The notes: generated by a model from the letters alone, not told the origin. A stretch of 64,000 nucleotides of DNA from an uncultured bacterium (GCA_949297765.1 CASFTV010000010.1:57305-121304), one strand, 5' to 3'. Numbered from the stretch's first letter, positions 29,741 through 39,771 are shown. Translations and numbers: made by a program.

Positions 29741-31060
29741 ATAAAAAATTTGAAGTGGAGAACGGTCCGGATTGCCGCGGCGGCTGTTTTTCTGATCGCG
29801 GCGGGAACGGCATTTTCCGGGATCGCGGGCGCCGGCGCAGGATTTCTGCATCTGCAGTTCGGTCCGGCTCTGCTGAGTCTGTGCGCGGCGTTTTCTCTGG
29901 GGGCGCTGGCATCCCTTCTCGGAATCGTTCTTGTGACATTTCTGTTCGGACGGCTGTACTGCGCGTTTTTCTGTCCGCTCGGCATCCTGCAGGATGCCGC
30001 CGCGTTCCTGTGCCGCAGGAAAAAGGCCAATCCGCGCAATCTTGCCGGGCTTCGCTACGCGGTCGCCGCGGTGGCCTGCGGAATGCTCGCAATGGGATGG
30101 AGCGCCGGATTCTATCTGCTGGATCCGTATTCAATAACCGGACGTTTCGCCGTGTCGTTTTCGCTCGGTTCGCTTGTGCCGTTTCTGGCGGTTCTCGGAC
30201 TGGGGATCTGGCGGAGACGGTTTTTCTGCACAGCGCTCTGTCCGGTCGGAACCCTGCTCGGACTGATCGCAAAATACGGCGTTTTCCGCCTCCGGATTAC
30301 CGGAGCGTGCGTCCGCTGCGGGAAATGCGTCGGCGAATGCCCGTCTGGGTGCATTGATCTGGAAAAAGGGACCATCGACAATGAACGGTGCGTCCGGTGC
30401 ATGAACTGCGTTTCATCCTGTCCTCTGCACGGAATTCATCTGGTCCGGCCGGAACGGAAGAGCATTGCGTTCGACGCATCGCGCCGGGCGTTTCTGAAAA
30501 GCGGCGGAATGGTGCTTGCCGGTCTTGCCGGAGGAGTCGTCCTCGCCAAAGCGGGAATGGGAAAACTTGCCGCATTTGCCGGGCGTTTCCGGATCCTGCC
30601 GCCCGGAGCGGGAAATGCGGTCCGATTTGCCGCACGCTGTACCGGATGCCAGCTCTGCACGGCGAACTGCCCGGAGAAGATCATCCGTCCGGCGGAGTAC
30701 GGGACGGGGCCGGTTTCGCTGGATCTTTCCCGCGGTGCGTGCAGATTCGACTGCAATCTCTGTTCCCGGGTCTGTCCGACCGGGGCAATCCGTCCCCTGA
30801 GCCTGAAGGAGAAACAGAAAACCCGGATCGCAGAGGTCCGTTTCCTGCCGAAGAACTGCATCGTTTTCCAGGAGGGGACTCCATGCGGGAAATGCGCAGG
30901 AGTCTGTCCGACAAAAGCCGTCACACTCCGCAGGACCGGAGCGCCCCGTCTGAAGGCGTCGCTCTGCATCGGATGCGGGGCGTGTCAGGCGGTCTGTCCG
31001 GCGCCGCAGAAGGCAATGGTGATTCACGAGATCGGAGAACAGGTTCTTCTCGAATCCTGA
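29741..31060 (+). CDS. Membrane-bound polyferredoxin (NapH/MauN-like membrane part plus several 4Fe-4S dicluster domains)
   Basis: GRLYCAFFCPLG, RFFCTALCPVG, several CxxCxxCxxxCP motifs, internal SRRAFLK; start TTG 29750 or in-frame ATA 29741. Confidence 0.88.
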   Translation: MKNLKWRTVRIAAAAVFLIAAGTAFSGIAGAGAGFLHLQFGPALLSLCAAFSLGALASLLGIVLVTFLFGRLYCAFFCPLGILQDAAAFLCRRKKANPRNLAGLRYAVAAVACGMLAMGWSAGFYLLDPYSITGRFAVSFSLGSLVPFLAVLGLGIWRRRFFCTALCPVGTLLGLIAKYGVFRLRITGACVRCGKCVGECPSGCIDLEKGTIDNERCVRCMNCVSSCPLHGIHLVRPERKSIAFDASRRAFLKSGGMVLAGLAGGVVLAKAGMGKLAAFAGRFRILPPGAGNAVRFAARCTGCQLCTANCPEKIIRPAEYGTGPVSLDLSRGACRFDCNLCSRVCPTGAIRPLSLKEKQKTRIAEVRFLPKNCIVFQEGTPCGKCAGVCPTKAVTLRRTGAPRLKASLCIGCGACQAVCPAPQKAMVIHEIGEQVLLES

Positions 31061-31178
31061 AAACTTCGCGATTGTCCGGAAAATAATGAATAAAAAATTG
31101 GAATTTGATTTGAAAAAATGAAAAACTGACTCTATTTTTCTTTTTTGTAAGAGAGATTTTCAGGAAGGAGAACCCCGT

Positions 31179-32645
31179 ATGCAACTGGATGCTCAATGGT
31201 TTTTAAAAACTCTGGTCGACAATCAGCTTTTGTCGTATGACCGGGGAATGGCGATCAATAATTCGCTGGGCGGAGAACCCGATTTGATGACGTATGCCCA
31301 GGAGGTCCTCAATCAGCTCTGTGCCGGAATGTCTCAGGAAGAGGCGCAGAACTGGGTTTCCCAGCTGGAACAGGTCATCGTTTTTGCTCAGCAGCAGGCC
31401 GCCTCCGGAGCGGTTCCCGACTGGGGAAAATCCGAAATCGCCGGAGGAGCCGCGGTTTCAGAGGAAGATTATCAGAACGGCGAGATCCCGAGCCTGCGGA
31501 ACGTTTCCCAGATGACCGATGAACAGGTGGCCGCAACCATGCGCCAGCTTCTTCTCGCTCTGCGTGTCTACGGAGCGTCCGACCTTCATCTCTCCTCCAA
31601 TGCGCCGATGTTCATCCGGAAAAATCTGGTTCTGGAGCGGATCGACCCCGAATGGATCATGCCGGATGAGGATGTCGTCCGGCTCAACATGGCGCTCCTG
31701 ACGGAGGAACAGCGCGAACGGTTCCGGAAGGATCAGGATCTGAGTCTCGGACTCCAGATCGGCAAAGCCCGTTTCCGAACCGCGCTGATGTATCACAAGG
31801 ACGGAATGTCCGGCGCGTACCGCCTGGTTCCGGACAAGATCATGACGCTGGAGGAACTCGGATTCCTGCCCGCCGACGCCAAAAACATCCGCCGTCTTCT
31901 GGACTACAACAACGGACTGATTCTCGTGACCGGTCCTCTCGGCTCGGGCAAGACCACGACTCTTGCGTCGATGGTCGAAGTGGCGAACAACTCCCGCCAG
32001 GACCATGTGATCACCGTCGAAGACCCGATCGAGATCGTGCAGACCTCGAAAGGATGCCAGATCACCCAGCGCGAAATCGGCTCCTGCACGAACAACTACC
32101 ACGCGGCGCTGAAGGCCGCCCTGCGTGAAGACCCGGATATCATCGTCATCGGCGAAATGCACGACCTGGAGACCATCGAAAACGCGATCACCGCCTCTGA
32201 AACCGGACACCTCGTGATCGGAACGCTGCACACCTGCGACGCCGGCAATACCCTGAACCGCGTTCTGGATGTGTTTCCGCCTTCGCAGCAGCCGCAGATC
32301 CGCGCAATGACCTCGGGAAGTCTGCGCGGCATCGTCTGTCAGCGTCTTCTTCCCGCGGCCAACGGCGGACTCACCATCGCCTATGAACTGCTGATCAACA
32401 CCATTGCAGTTGCAAACATCATCAGCGAGGGAAAAACCTATCAGCTTAAAGCCACCATGCAGATCGGCAGCAAAGCCGGCATGTGCACGCTTGATCAGAA
32501 CCTGCTTGAGAAATACAAAGTCGGACACATCACCTATGAGACGGCGCTCGCCAATATGAAAGATACGTCCGTTATCGACCAGCTCAAGAAACTGGTCGCC
32601 GTCGAAGAAGCGAAAAAACTGGTTGCTGCACGGAAAAAGAAATAA
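31179..32645 (+). CDS. PilT/PilU-family type IV pilus ATPase with an N-terminal extension of about 115 aa
   Basis: ASDLHL, Walker A GPLGSGKT, ITVEDPIE, ALREDPDIIVIGEM, ETGHLVIGTLHT. Confidence 0.92.
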   Translation: MQLDAQWFLKTLVDNQLLSYDRGMAINNSLGGEPDLMTYAQEVLNQLCAGMSQEEAQNWVSQLEQVIVFAQQQAASGAVPDWGKSEIAGGAAVSEEDYQNGEIPSLRNVSQMTDEQVAATMRQLLLALRVYGASDLHLSSNAPMFIRKNLVLERIDPEWIMPDEDVVRLNMALLTEEQRERFRKDQDLSLGLQIGKARFRTALMYHKDGMSGAYRLVPDKIMTLEELGFLPADAKNIRRLLDYNNGLILVTGPLGSGKTTTLASMVEVANNSRQDHVITVEDPIEIVQTSKGCQITQREIGSCTNNYHAALKAALREDPDIIVIGEMHDLETIENAITASETGHLVIGTLHTCDAGNTLNRVLDVFPPSQQPQIRAMTSGSLRGIVCQRLLPAANGGLTIAYELLINTIAVANIISEGKTYQLKATMQIGSKAGMCTLDQNLLEKYKVGHITYETALANMKDTSVIDQLKKLVAVEEAKKLVAARKKK

Positions 32646-32660
32646 AAAGGAATCTGAATC

Positions 32661-33716
32661 ATGCCCATTATCGACAATTATCTCCGGGAAATGCTGAGCC
32701 TCAAAGGCTCCGACCTGCATCTTTCGATCAACTATCCCGCGAAATACCGCATCAGCGGAAATCTGAGGCCGGCGAACGAGGTAATCCTGACTCCCGAATT
32801 TATGGAGGAAATGCTCCGGGAGATCTGTCTGCCCGCCGAACGCTGGAATATGTTTCTGGAGCGGCACGACCTGGACTTCGCTTACGAGATCCCCGGTCTC
32901 GCCCGCTTCCGCTGCAATTACATGTACAACTATTACGGACAGGCTGCCGTTCTCCGTCAGATTCCCAGCAAAATTCTGACCATTTCCGATCTCCATCTTC
33001 CGGAAATTCTGGTGGATATCTGTAAAATCAAGAGCGGACTGGTCCTCGTGACCGGACCGACCGGCTCCGGAAAATCCACCACGCTCGCCGCCATGATGGA
33101 CTACATCAACGATACAATGAAACGGCACATCATTACCATTGAGGACCCGATCGAGTTCGTGCATCAGAACAAGAACTGTACAATCGTTCATCGGGAGGTG
33201 GGAATCCACAGCCGGTCCTTCCCGATCGCACTTCGAGGCGCCATGCGTTCCGACCCCGATATCGTGCTGATCGGCGAGATGCGCGAAATGGAAACCATCC
33301 GTCTTGCCCTGACCTGCGCCGCGATGGGAATGCTTGTGTTTGCCACGCTGCATACCAACAACGCTCCGAAAACGATCGACCGTATCATCGACGCTTTCCC
33401 CGCAAATGAACAGGCCCAGATCCGGACAATGCTGGCGGAGTGTCTCCAGGCGGTTGTCTCGCAGCTGCTCTGCCGCAAAAAGGCGGGCGGACGAATTGCA
33501 TGCCACGAGATCCTCCTCTGGACCGAAGGTCTCCCGAACACCATCCGGGAAGGACAGATCTCCAACATTCGAACCATCATCGAGGCGAACAAAGGGATGG
33601 GAATGCGCAGCATGGACGGCGGCTTGAAGGAACTCTTCATGAACGACATCATCTCCGCCGAGGAGGCCTATATGAAAGCCAGCGATAAGAAACTCTTCGT
33701 GGATTACCTCCTCTGA
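32661..33716 (+). CDS. pilT: Type IV pilus retraction ATPase
   Basis: GSDLHL, GPTGSGKSTTLAAM, HIITIEDPIEF, DPDIVLIGEMR, ATLHTN, RIIDAFP. Confidence 0.9.
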   Translation: MPIIDNYLREMLSLKGSDLHLSINYPAKYRISGNLRPANEVILTPEFMEEMLREICLPAERWNMFLERHDLDFAYEIPGLARFRCNYMYNYYGQAAVLRQIPSKILTISDLHLPEILVDICKIKSGLVLVTGPTGSGKSTTLAAMMDYINDTMKRHIITIEDPIEFVHQNKNCTIVHREVGIHSRSFPIALRGAMRSDPDIVLIGEMREMETIRLALTCAAMGMLVFATLHTNNAPKTIDRIIDAFPANEQAQIRTMLAECLQAVVSQLLCRKKAGGRIACHEILLWTEGLPNTIREGQISNIRTIIEANKGMGMRSMDGGLKELFMNDIISAEEAYMKASDKKLFVDYLL

Positions 33717-33784
33717 CCCCTTGTTCCCCTCGAGAGCAGAAATCCCTTTTCCGGCGAAAAACTGTTTTTTTTGCAATTCGGAAC

Positions 33785-33812
33785 TTGCATTTTGCTCCGG
33801 AAACGCTATATT
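33785..33812 (+). promoter_or_regulatory. Putative tRNA promoter
   Basis: TTGCAT, 16 bp, TATATT about 20 bp upstream of the tRNA. Confidence 0.5.
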
Positions 33813-33831
33813 AACCACCACAAACGACAAA

Positions 33832-33906
33832 GGCTGCTTAGCTCAGCGGTAGAGCACTGGAATCATAATCCATTGGTCGCTGGTTCAATCCCGGCAGCAG
33901 CCACCA
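33832..33906 (+). tRNA. tRNA with CAT anticodon (elongator Met, or Ile2); not initiator
   Basis: Acceptor GGCTGCT/AGCAGCC, D-arm GCTCAGCGGTAGAGC, anticodon CAT 33864-33866, T-loop TTCAATC, encoded CCA; G1:C72 paired and no triple G:C in the anticodon stem. Confidence 0.95.
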
Positions 33907-33918
33907 CTTTGAATTCCC

Positions 33919-33942
33919 GCCCTGCAGACTGCAGGGCTTTTT
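33919..33942 (+). terminator. Rho-independent terminator after the tRNA
   Basis: GCCCTGC-AGACT-GCAGGGC followed by TTTTT. Confidence 0.8.
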
Positions 33943-33957
33943 CATTCCCAAAGAACG

Positions 33958-34047
33958 GGAAAAATGCGGAAACATTTTTCCCGGGTCAAGGGCCGCTGCC
34001 CTTGTCGCGGTCCAGCGGCGAAACGCTGGTCGTGCGGAGCACGAAAC
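33958..34047. repeat. Structured intergenic repeat, copy 2
   Basis: Same four hairpins as 24891-24979; stem 2 is CAAGGGC/GCCCTTG. Confidence 0.85.
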
Positions 34048-34090
34048 AACCCCATGAATCCCCCTGCACCTTCTTTTTTTCGCATCCCGG

Positions 34091-34140
34091 AAAAAAGAAA
34101 AAAGCGGCACAGAAAAATCAAATCATTCTCTGTGCCGCTT
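34091..34140 (-). terminator. Probable terminator of glgP
   Basis: AAGCGGCACAGA (34102-34113) / TCTGTGCCGCTT (34129-34140), followed by a T-rich tract on the minus strand. Confidence 0.65.
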
Positions 34141-34160
34141 AAAAAAATCAGAAAGAAAAG

Positions 34161-36647
34161 TTACTTTTTCTTCTTCCTTTTGATTTCCTCCGGAAAGTCA
34201 TCCGACTCGGGGAGGGTGACGGGGACCGGCTGAAGATCCCAGATCTTCGTTGCATAGTCATGGATGGAACGATCGCTGGAGAAGGTTCCCATGTTGGCGA
34301 TGTTGCGGATGCAGCGCCGGGTCCACTCGGTCTGATCCTTGTAGAGCTGGGCCATTCTGCTCTGGGTCTGCGCGTAGGAGTCGAAGTCGGCGGCGACCAT
34401 GTAATAATCATAGTTCATGGTGTCGATGAGGGGCTGGAAGACTCCGCGGTTGGCGGGCGAGAAGAAATCGTCGCGGATCAGATCAAGCGCCCGCTTGAGA
34501 TAGGGATTTGCCTCGATCGCCGCATGCGGATTGTATCCTTTCTTCCGGAGCGCGTTGACCTCTTCCACATTCATGCCGAAGATGAAGATGTTGTCCGCGC
34601 CGACCTGTTCGTAGATTTCCACGTTTGCGCCGTCCATGGTGCCGATGGTAAGGGCTCCGTTGAGGGCAAACTTCATGTTGCTTGTGCCGGATGCTTCGGT
34701 TCCGGCGAGGGAAATCTGCTCGGAAATGTCCGCCGCGGGGATGATCTTCTCCGCGAGGGAGACCCGGTAGTTCGGCAGGAAAACAACCTTCAGACGGTCG
34801 CCGATGGAGGAGTCCGCATTGATGACATCTCCCACCGCGTTGATCAGACGGATGATGAGTTTCGCCATGTGGTATCCCGGCGCAGCCTTCGCACCGAAGA
34901 GAATCGTCCGCGGAACGAAATCCGCCTCCGGATTGTCCTTCAGCTGAAGATAGAGCGCAATCGCATGGAGAATGTTCAGGTACTGGCGCTTGTACTCGTG
35001 GAGACGCTTCACCTGAACGTCGAAGATGGAGTCGGGATTGACCTGCACTCCGCAGATTTCCCGGATGTGTTCCGCAAGACGGATCTTGTTTGCGTGCTTG
35101 GCTTCCGCCACCGCGCGGATCGTGGCGGGATCATCGGCGTAGCGTTCGAACTTCTTCAGTTCGGTGAGATCCCTGCACCAGTCCGATCCGATGCGTTCCG
35201 TAATCACCGCGGAAAGATCCGGATTGGCCTTGCGCAGCCAGCGGCGCGGCGTGATGCCGTTGGTCACATTGACAAATTTTCCGGGATAGAATTCGTTGAA
35301 ATCCCGGAACAGGCCGTTTTTCAGAAGCTCGGTATGAAGCGCCGCCACGCCGTTCACCTTGTGGCTGGCAACGACGCACATGTACGCCATGCGCGCCATC
35401 TTGACGGGATGCTCTTCGATGATCGACATCCGCGAAAGGCGGTCGTTGTCGCCGATGTAGCGCGTGGAAACCTCGCGCAGGAAGCGGAAATTGAGTTCAT
35501 AAATGATTTCCAGATGGCGCGGGAGCAGTTTGCCGAGCAGATCGGTCGGCCATTTTTCAAGCGCTTCGCTCATCAGCGTGTGATTGGTATAGTTGAAGGT
35601 CTTTGTGCAGATCGCCCACGCATCCTCCCAGAGGAAGTTCTCCTCGTCGACAAGGATGCGCATGAGTTCCGGTATCGCGAGCGCCGGATGCGTGTCGTTG
35701 AGCTGAATGACCGCATATTTCGGAAAATCACGCAGGTCGCCTCCGATCATTTTGATCCGCCCGATGATGTCCTGAAGCGTTGCGCTGACCAGGAAATACT
35801 GCTGTTTCAGACGCAGCTCCTTGCCTTCGTAGTTGTTGTCGTTCGGGTACAGCACCTTGGAGATATTCGCGGAAAGCGCCGCTTCCAGATTCGCATTGAT
35901 ATAGTCGCCCTGATTGAATTTCGAGAGGTCGAATCCCGAAACCGCCTGCGATGCCCAGAGGCGCAGCGTATTGACCGTATTGTTCCCATAACCCGGAATC
36001 GGCGTGTCATAGGGCATCGCAAGAACCTGATGCGAATTGACCCAGCGGCGGCGCAGCTTGTTGACTCCCGCATCCTGAAACGCTTCAACGTGTCCGCCGA
36101 ATTTGACGATCCGCGCCAGTTCCGGACGGCGCACCTCCCACGGATTGCCGTTGCTGAGCCAGTTGTCCGGCTCTTCGATCTGGCAGTCGTCCACGATCAG
36201 CTGTTTGAAAATTCCGAAGTCGTAGCGGATGCCGTACCCGTATGCGGGCAGCTCCAGCGTTGCCATGGAGTCAAGAAAACATGCCGCAAGACGCCCGAGA
36301 CCGCCGTTGCCGAGTCCTGCGTCCACCTCCTGTTCGCGGAGTTCCTCAATGTCAAACCCGAGTTCCTTCATCGCCTCCTTGGCGGCATCATAAACCCCGA
36401 GGTTGATCATCGCGTTGCCGATGGTCCGGCCGATCAGAAATTCCAGCGAGATGTAGCAGACCGTTTTCGATTTATCCTTCTCGTACACATCCTTGGTCGC
36501 AAGCCATTTTTCGACCATCAGGTCGCGAATGGAAAGCGCCAGTGCCTGATAGCGGTCCAGATCGCTGGCCTTGTCGGGCCGTTTCGCCAGGGAGCGTGTC
36601 AGGTGGCGTTTGAATGATTCCTTGATCATTTCTTTCATGTCGGGCAT
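34161..36647 (-). CDS. glgP: Glycogen/starch phosphorylase
   Basis: DAGLGNGGLGRLAACFLDS, ELRLKQQYF, QLNDTHP, NGITPRRW, QVKRLHEYKRQ, EASGTSNMKF; likely start 36647. Confidence 0.97.
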   Translation of the reverse strand: MPDMKEMIKESFKRHLTRSLAKRPDKASDLDRYQALALSIRDLMVEKWLATKDVYEKDKSKTVCYISLEFLIGRTIGNAMINLGVYDAAKEAMKELGFDIEELREQEVDAGLGNGGLGRLAACFLDSMATLELPAYGYGIRYDFGIFKQLIVDDCQIEEPDNWLSNGNPWEVRRPELARIVKFGGHVEAFQDAGVNKLRRRWVNSHQVLAMPYDTPIPGYGNNTVNTLRLWASQAVSGFDLSKFNQGDYINANLEAALSANISKVLYPNDNNYEGKELRLKQQYFLVSATLQDIIGRIKMIGGDLRDFPKYAVIQLNDTHPALAIPELMRILVDEENFLWEDAWAICTKTFNYTNHTLMSEALEKWPTDLLGKLLPRHLEIIYELNFRFLREVSTRYIGDNDRLSRMSIIEEHPVKMARMAYMCVVASHKVNGVAALHTELLKNGLFRDFNEFYPGKFVNVTNGITPRRWLRKANPDLSAVITERIGSDWCRDLTELKKFERYADDPATIRAVAEAKHANKIRLAEHIREICGVQVNPDSIFDVQVKRLHEYKRQYLNILHAIALYLQLKDNPEADFVPRTILFGAKAAPGYHMAKLIIRLINAVGDVINADSSIGDRLKVVFLPNYRVSLAEKIIPAADISEQISLAGTEASGTSNMKFALNGALTIGTMDGANVEIYEQVGADNIFIFGMNVEEVNALRKKGYNPHAAIEANPYLKRALDLIRDDFFSPANRGVFQPLIDTMNYDYYMVAADFDSYAQTQSRMAQLYKDQTEWTRRCIRNIANMGTFSSDRSIHDYATKIWDLQPVPVTLPESDDFPEEIKRKKKK

Positions 36648-36782
36648 GATGAGAATTCCTTCCGTTGATGACGTTTGTGCGGCGTCCTGAGTACCACATC
36701 CGCATTCCGGAAATATACACCGTTTTCCCGTTTTTACAAGCACCCCTTCCGTCGGAAGGCGATCTGCCGGAAGTCCCTCCGG

Positions 36783-38738
36783 TCAGAATTCTACGGGCGG
36801 CGCAGGCGACGGTTCCGGTTCGTCCGGTTCGCGGGGAGGCGGCGGTTCCGGCCCGAGCGGATTGCGTGTCGTATAGGCACACGCCCGCTCACGGGACAAT
36901 TCCTGAAGCTCCTTTATCATCTCCGCACGGCGCGGATCATCCGGTGACAGTTTCGCCGCTTCCGCGGTCTTTTCCCGGATCAGATGGTTCAGATGCCGCA
37001 GACGGATGATCCGGAGGCAGTCCTTCAGCGTCCGGTGAACGTACCGCTTCGGCAGCGGCCCGGCGGGCGTTTCCCGCATCAGCAGTTCCGACAGCTCTCC
37101 GCTGATCTCCGTTTCCGCGTACCGCTCCAGAATCCGCTGCGGCGCCTCCGACCATTCGTCCAGCATCTTCGCCTGAATCACATCATCGACCGCCCGGGCA
37201 TATTCCGAATCGTCCAGCAGCTCCGGCTGGACCTCGCGCGATATGATGTCCGCCGCATACTCATCGGCAAGGATGCATTCGAGCATCTCGCGGAGCGCGC
37301 GGTGATACCGCTCCTCCTCCGGGTCTTTCCGTTCAGGCGGAGTCTTTGATTCCTCCGGTTTGTCCGCAATTGCGCGGGTCCGCAGAGCCTCCCGGTTCCT
37401 CTTTGCCGCCGTCCGCGACAGTTCGTGCACAAGCGCTCCCTGATTCAGCTTCATCTGTTCCGAAAGCCAGGTGATGTACGCCGCTTTGGCCGCATCGCTT
37501 TCCAGCAGCGAAACAAAACGGAGCATCTGTTCCGCGGTTGCCGCTTTTCCTGCCGGTTCCTCTCCGTTTTCCTCGTTCAGCCAGGCGAGCGCAAATTCAA
37601 AAAAATCGCGGGCGCTGTCGACCGCCTGCTGAATGGCCTCCGGTCCGGAGTTGCGGAGCAGTTCATCGGGATCTTTCCCCCCGGGAAAACGGACAACCTT
37701 CAGCGAGAACCCGAGCGGGAGCGCCAGCTCCGCCGCACGGAAAACCGCTTTTGTCCCCGCGGCGTCCGAATCGAATGCCAGATACAGTCCGTCTGCATAG
37801 CGCTTGAGCATCACGGCCTGTTCCTCGGTGAACGCGGTTCCCTGCGGCGCCACGCTGTTGGCATGTCCTGCCCGGTGCATCGCGATGACATCAAGCTGTC
37901 CTTCGCAGAGAATCGCGAATCCTTTCCGTCCCATTTCCTGCCGAGCCAGATGCAGTGCGTAGAGAATCCGTCCTTTTTTAAACACCGGGGTCTCGGGGCT
38001 GTTGACATATTTCGCCCCTTTGAAATCCTTTTCGATCGTCCGCGCGCTGAATCCGACCACGCGTCCCTGTTCGTTCCAGATCGGGAACATGAGGCGGTTC
38101 CGGAAACGGTCGTACACTTTCGGCGGAGTGTCGTCGGTCCGGATCACGATGCCGGACGCAACCAGCTCCTCTTCCGTGAATCCTTCCCGCAGCGCATAGC
38201 GCAGTCCCGCATCCCACTGATCGACGGAGGCGCCGATCCCGAACCGGAGGATGATCTCCGGCGGCAGCTCCCGTGTTTTCAGATACTCCGCCACCGGGGA
38301 CGACGGCGATTCCGTCAGGCGCGCCGCATACCACATCTGCATCTTTTCATGGAGCATGTAGAGCCGCTCCTTGAAATTGGTCCGCACCTGCGGTTCCCGC
38401 TCTTCCGGATGTTCTCCCGAATTCCGGGATCTGCGCGGACTCTCCTCCGGAATGTAGATCTGATATTTGCGCGCAAGAATCGAGACGGCGTTCGGAAAAT
38501 CGACATTCTCCCGTTCCATGACGAACGAGATCACGTTCCCGTGTTTCCCGCACCCGAAACAGTGATACCACTGCCGCTGCTGGTTGACGACAAACGACGG
38601 CGTCTTCTCATTGTGAAACGGACAGCATGCCTTGAAATCGCGTCCCAGTTTTTTCAGGGGGATGTAGGAGTTGATGACATCCACGATGTCCGCGCGCATG
38701 CGGACCTGGTCGATGACTTCCTGCGGAATGCGGCCCAT
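36783..38738 (-). CDS. dnaG: DNA primase
   Basis: CPFHNEKTPSF zinc finger, DRFRNRLMFPI, KYVNSPET, TOPRIM CEGQLDVI and FDSDAAG, KDPDE. Confidence 0.97.
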   Translation of the reverse strand: MGRIPQEVIDQVRMRADIVDVINSYIPLKKLGRDFKACCPFHNEKTPSFVVNQQRQWYHCFGCGKHGNVISFVMERENVDFPNAVSILARKYQIYIPEESPRRSRNSGEHPEEREPQVRTNFKERLYMLHEKMQMWYAARLTESPSSPVAEYLKTRELPPEIILRFGIGASVDQWDAGLRYALREGFTEEELVASGIVIRTDDTPPKVYDRFRNRLMFPIWNEQGRVVGFSARTIEKDFKGAKYVNSPETPVFKKGRILYALHLARQEMGRKGFAILCEGQLDVIAMHRAGHANSVAPQGTAFTEEQAVMLKRYADGLYLAFDSDAAGTKAVFRAAELALPLGFSLKVVRFPGGKDPDELLRNSGPEAIQQAVDSARDFFEFALAWLNEENGEEPAGKAATAEQMLRFVSLLESDAAKAAYITWLSEQMKLNQGALVHELSRTAAKRNREALRTRAIADKPEESKTPPERKDPEEERYHRALREMLECILADEYAADIISREVQPELLDDSEYARAVDDVIQAKMLDEWSEAPQRILERYAETEISGELSELLMRETPAGPLPKRYVHRTLKDCLRIIRLRHLNHLIREKTAEAAKLSPDDPRRAEMIKELQELSRERACAYTTRNPLGPEPPPPREPDEPEPSPAPPVEF

Positions 38739-38741
38739 TTT

Positions 38742-39506
38742 TCAGCGCAGTGCCTGAATCCGTTTCTGCACCGCTTCCCGGTTTTCCCGCATGGCGGAGT
38801 TCTGTTCGGTCATGTTCAGAAAACGGGTGTAGTATTTCCGTGCTTCCGCGCGGTTCCGGAGACAGGTGTCAAAATAGACCGCAAGATTCAGAAGCAGCGT
38901 CGGATTCTCCGGCTGGAGACGGTATGCGTAGATCAGATACTGCGCCGCCTGCGCCGGTTTGTTGTCAAATCGGATGAAGTTCATTCCCAGTTCACTCCAC
39001 GGCGCCGGGTTCTTCGCAAATTTCCTGTTCCGCGCAAGACGGGAATAGTAAATCCGGGCATCCTGCGCGTTGTTGAGATAGACCGAGGATTGCGCCAGAA
39101 GAATCAGCGGATCGGTCGCATCGGGCCGGAGGGTCAGCGCGGCGCGCAGCGGCGCAATGCACGACTCAAACCGTTTCTTCTCATAATAAAGCCGTCCTTT
39201 TGTATATTGCGCAAAATAGTTTGCCTCGTCGATGCTGACCGCCTTGGAGATTTCTCCGAGCGCGGCATCCGGATCTCCCGTGTTTTCCAGCGAGAGCGCG
39301 TAGAGAATCAGCGCATTGACATTGGAGGGCGCCGCTTTGACTGCCCGGCCTGCAAATTCGCGTGCCGCCTCCCAGTCTCCGTTCTGGGCCGCGGTCACTC
39401 CGCGGTTGAGCAGTTCATCCACCGAGAGCCGTTCTCCCCGGCACGCGGTCAGAAAACAGATCCCGATCAGAACCATTGCAACATACGCAAACTTTTTCAC
39501 TGACAT
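38742..39506 (-). CDS. TPR-repeat lipoprotein
   Basis: Lipobox FLTAC; repeated TPR-like helical pairs. Confidence 0.8.
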   Translation of the reverse strand: MSVKKFAYVAMVLIGICFLTACRGERLSVDELLNRGVTAAQNGDWEAAREFAGRAVKAAPSNVNALILYALSLENTGDPDAALGEISKAVSIDEANYFAQYTKGRLYYEKKRFESCIAPLRAALTLRPDATDPLILLAQSSVYLNNAQDARIYYSRLARNRKFAKNPAPWSELGMNFIRFDNKPAQAAQYLIYAYRLQPENPTLLLNLAVYFDTCLRNRAEARKYYTRFLNMTEQNSAMRENREAVQKRIQALR

Positions 39507-39771
39507 CCTCCATCCTGTTTCATCCGTATTTCCCGATCCGGACGCCGCAATGGTGTTTCACGGGTTCCGGCGTCCTTTTCTGTCCGATTCTCCGCGCTGC
39601 GGGAAAACGGTATTTGCAAAGTCTCGTTATTATAACCTGTCTTCTCTTTTTTTTCAATCGGAAGGAGAAAAAAAACAGAAAAAACCGCTTTCCCGGACTC
39701 CTGGAACACCGTTCCCGGTTTTACATCGTTTCCGGGAGGAGAAAAGAGGGGCAGGGGGTCCGTGGATCTGT

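Noticed and set aside
33857-33873. Unusual anticodon arm (A at position 32, C27/T43 mismatch) suggesting a pseudo- or suppressor tRNA
   Set aside because: The other arms, CCA end, promoter and terminator are intact and the anticodon is plain CAT; it cannot explain the amber codon.
33832-34047. tRNA as an integration site
   Set aside because: No integrase, no duplicated tRNA 3' end seen, and housekeeping genes on both sides.
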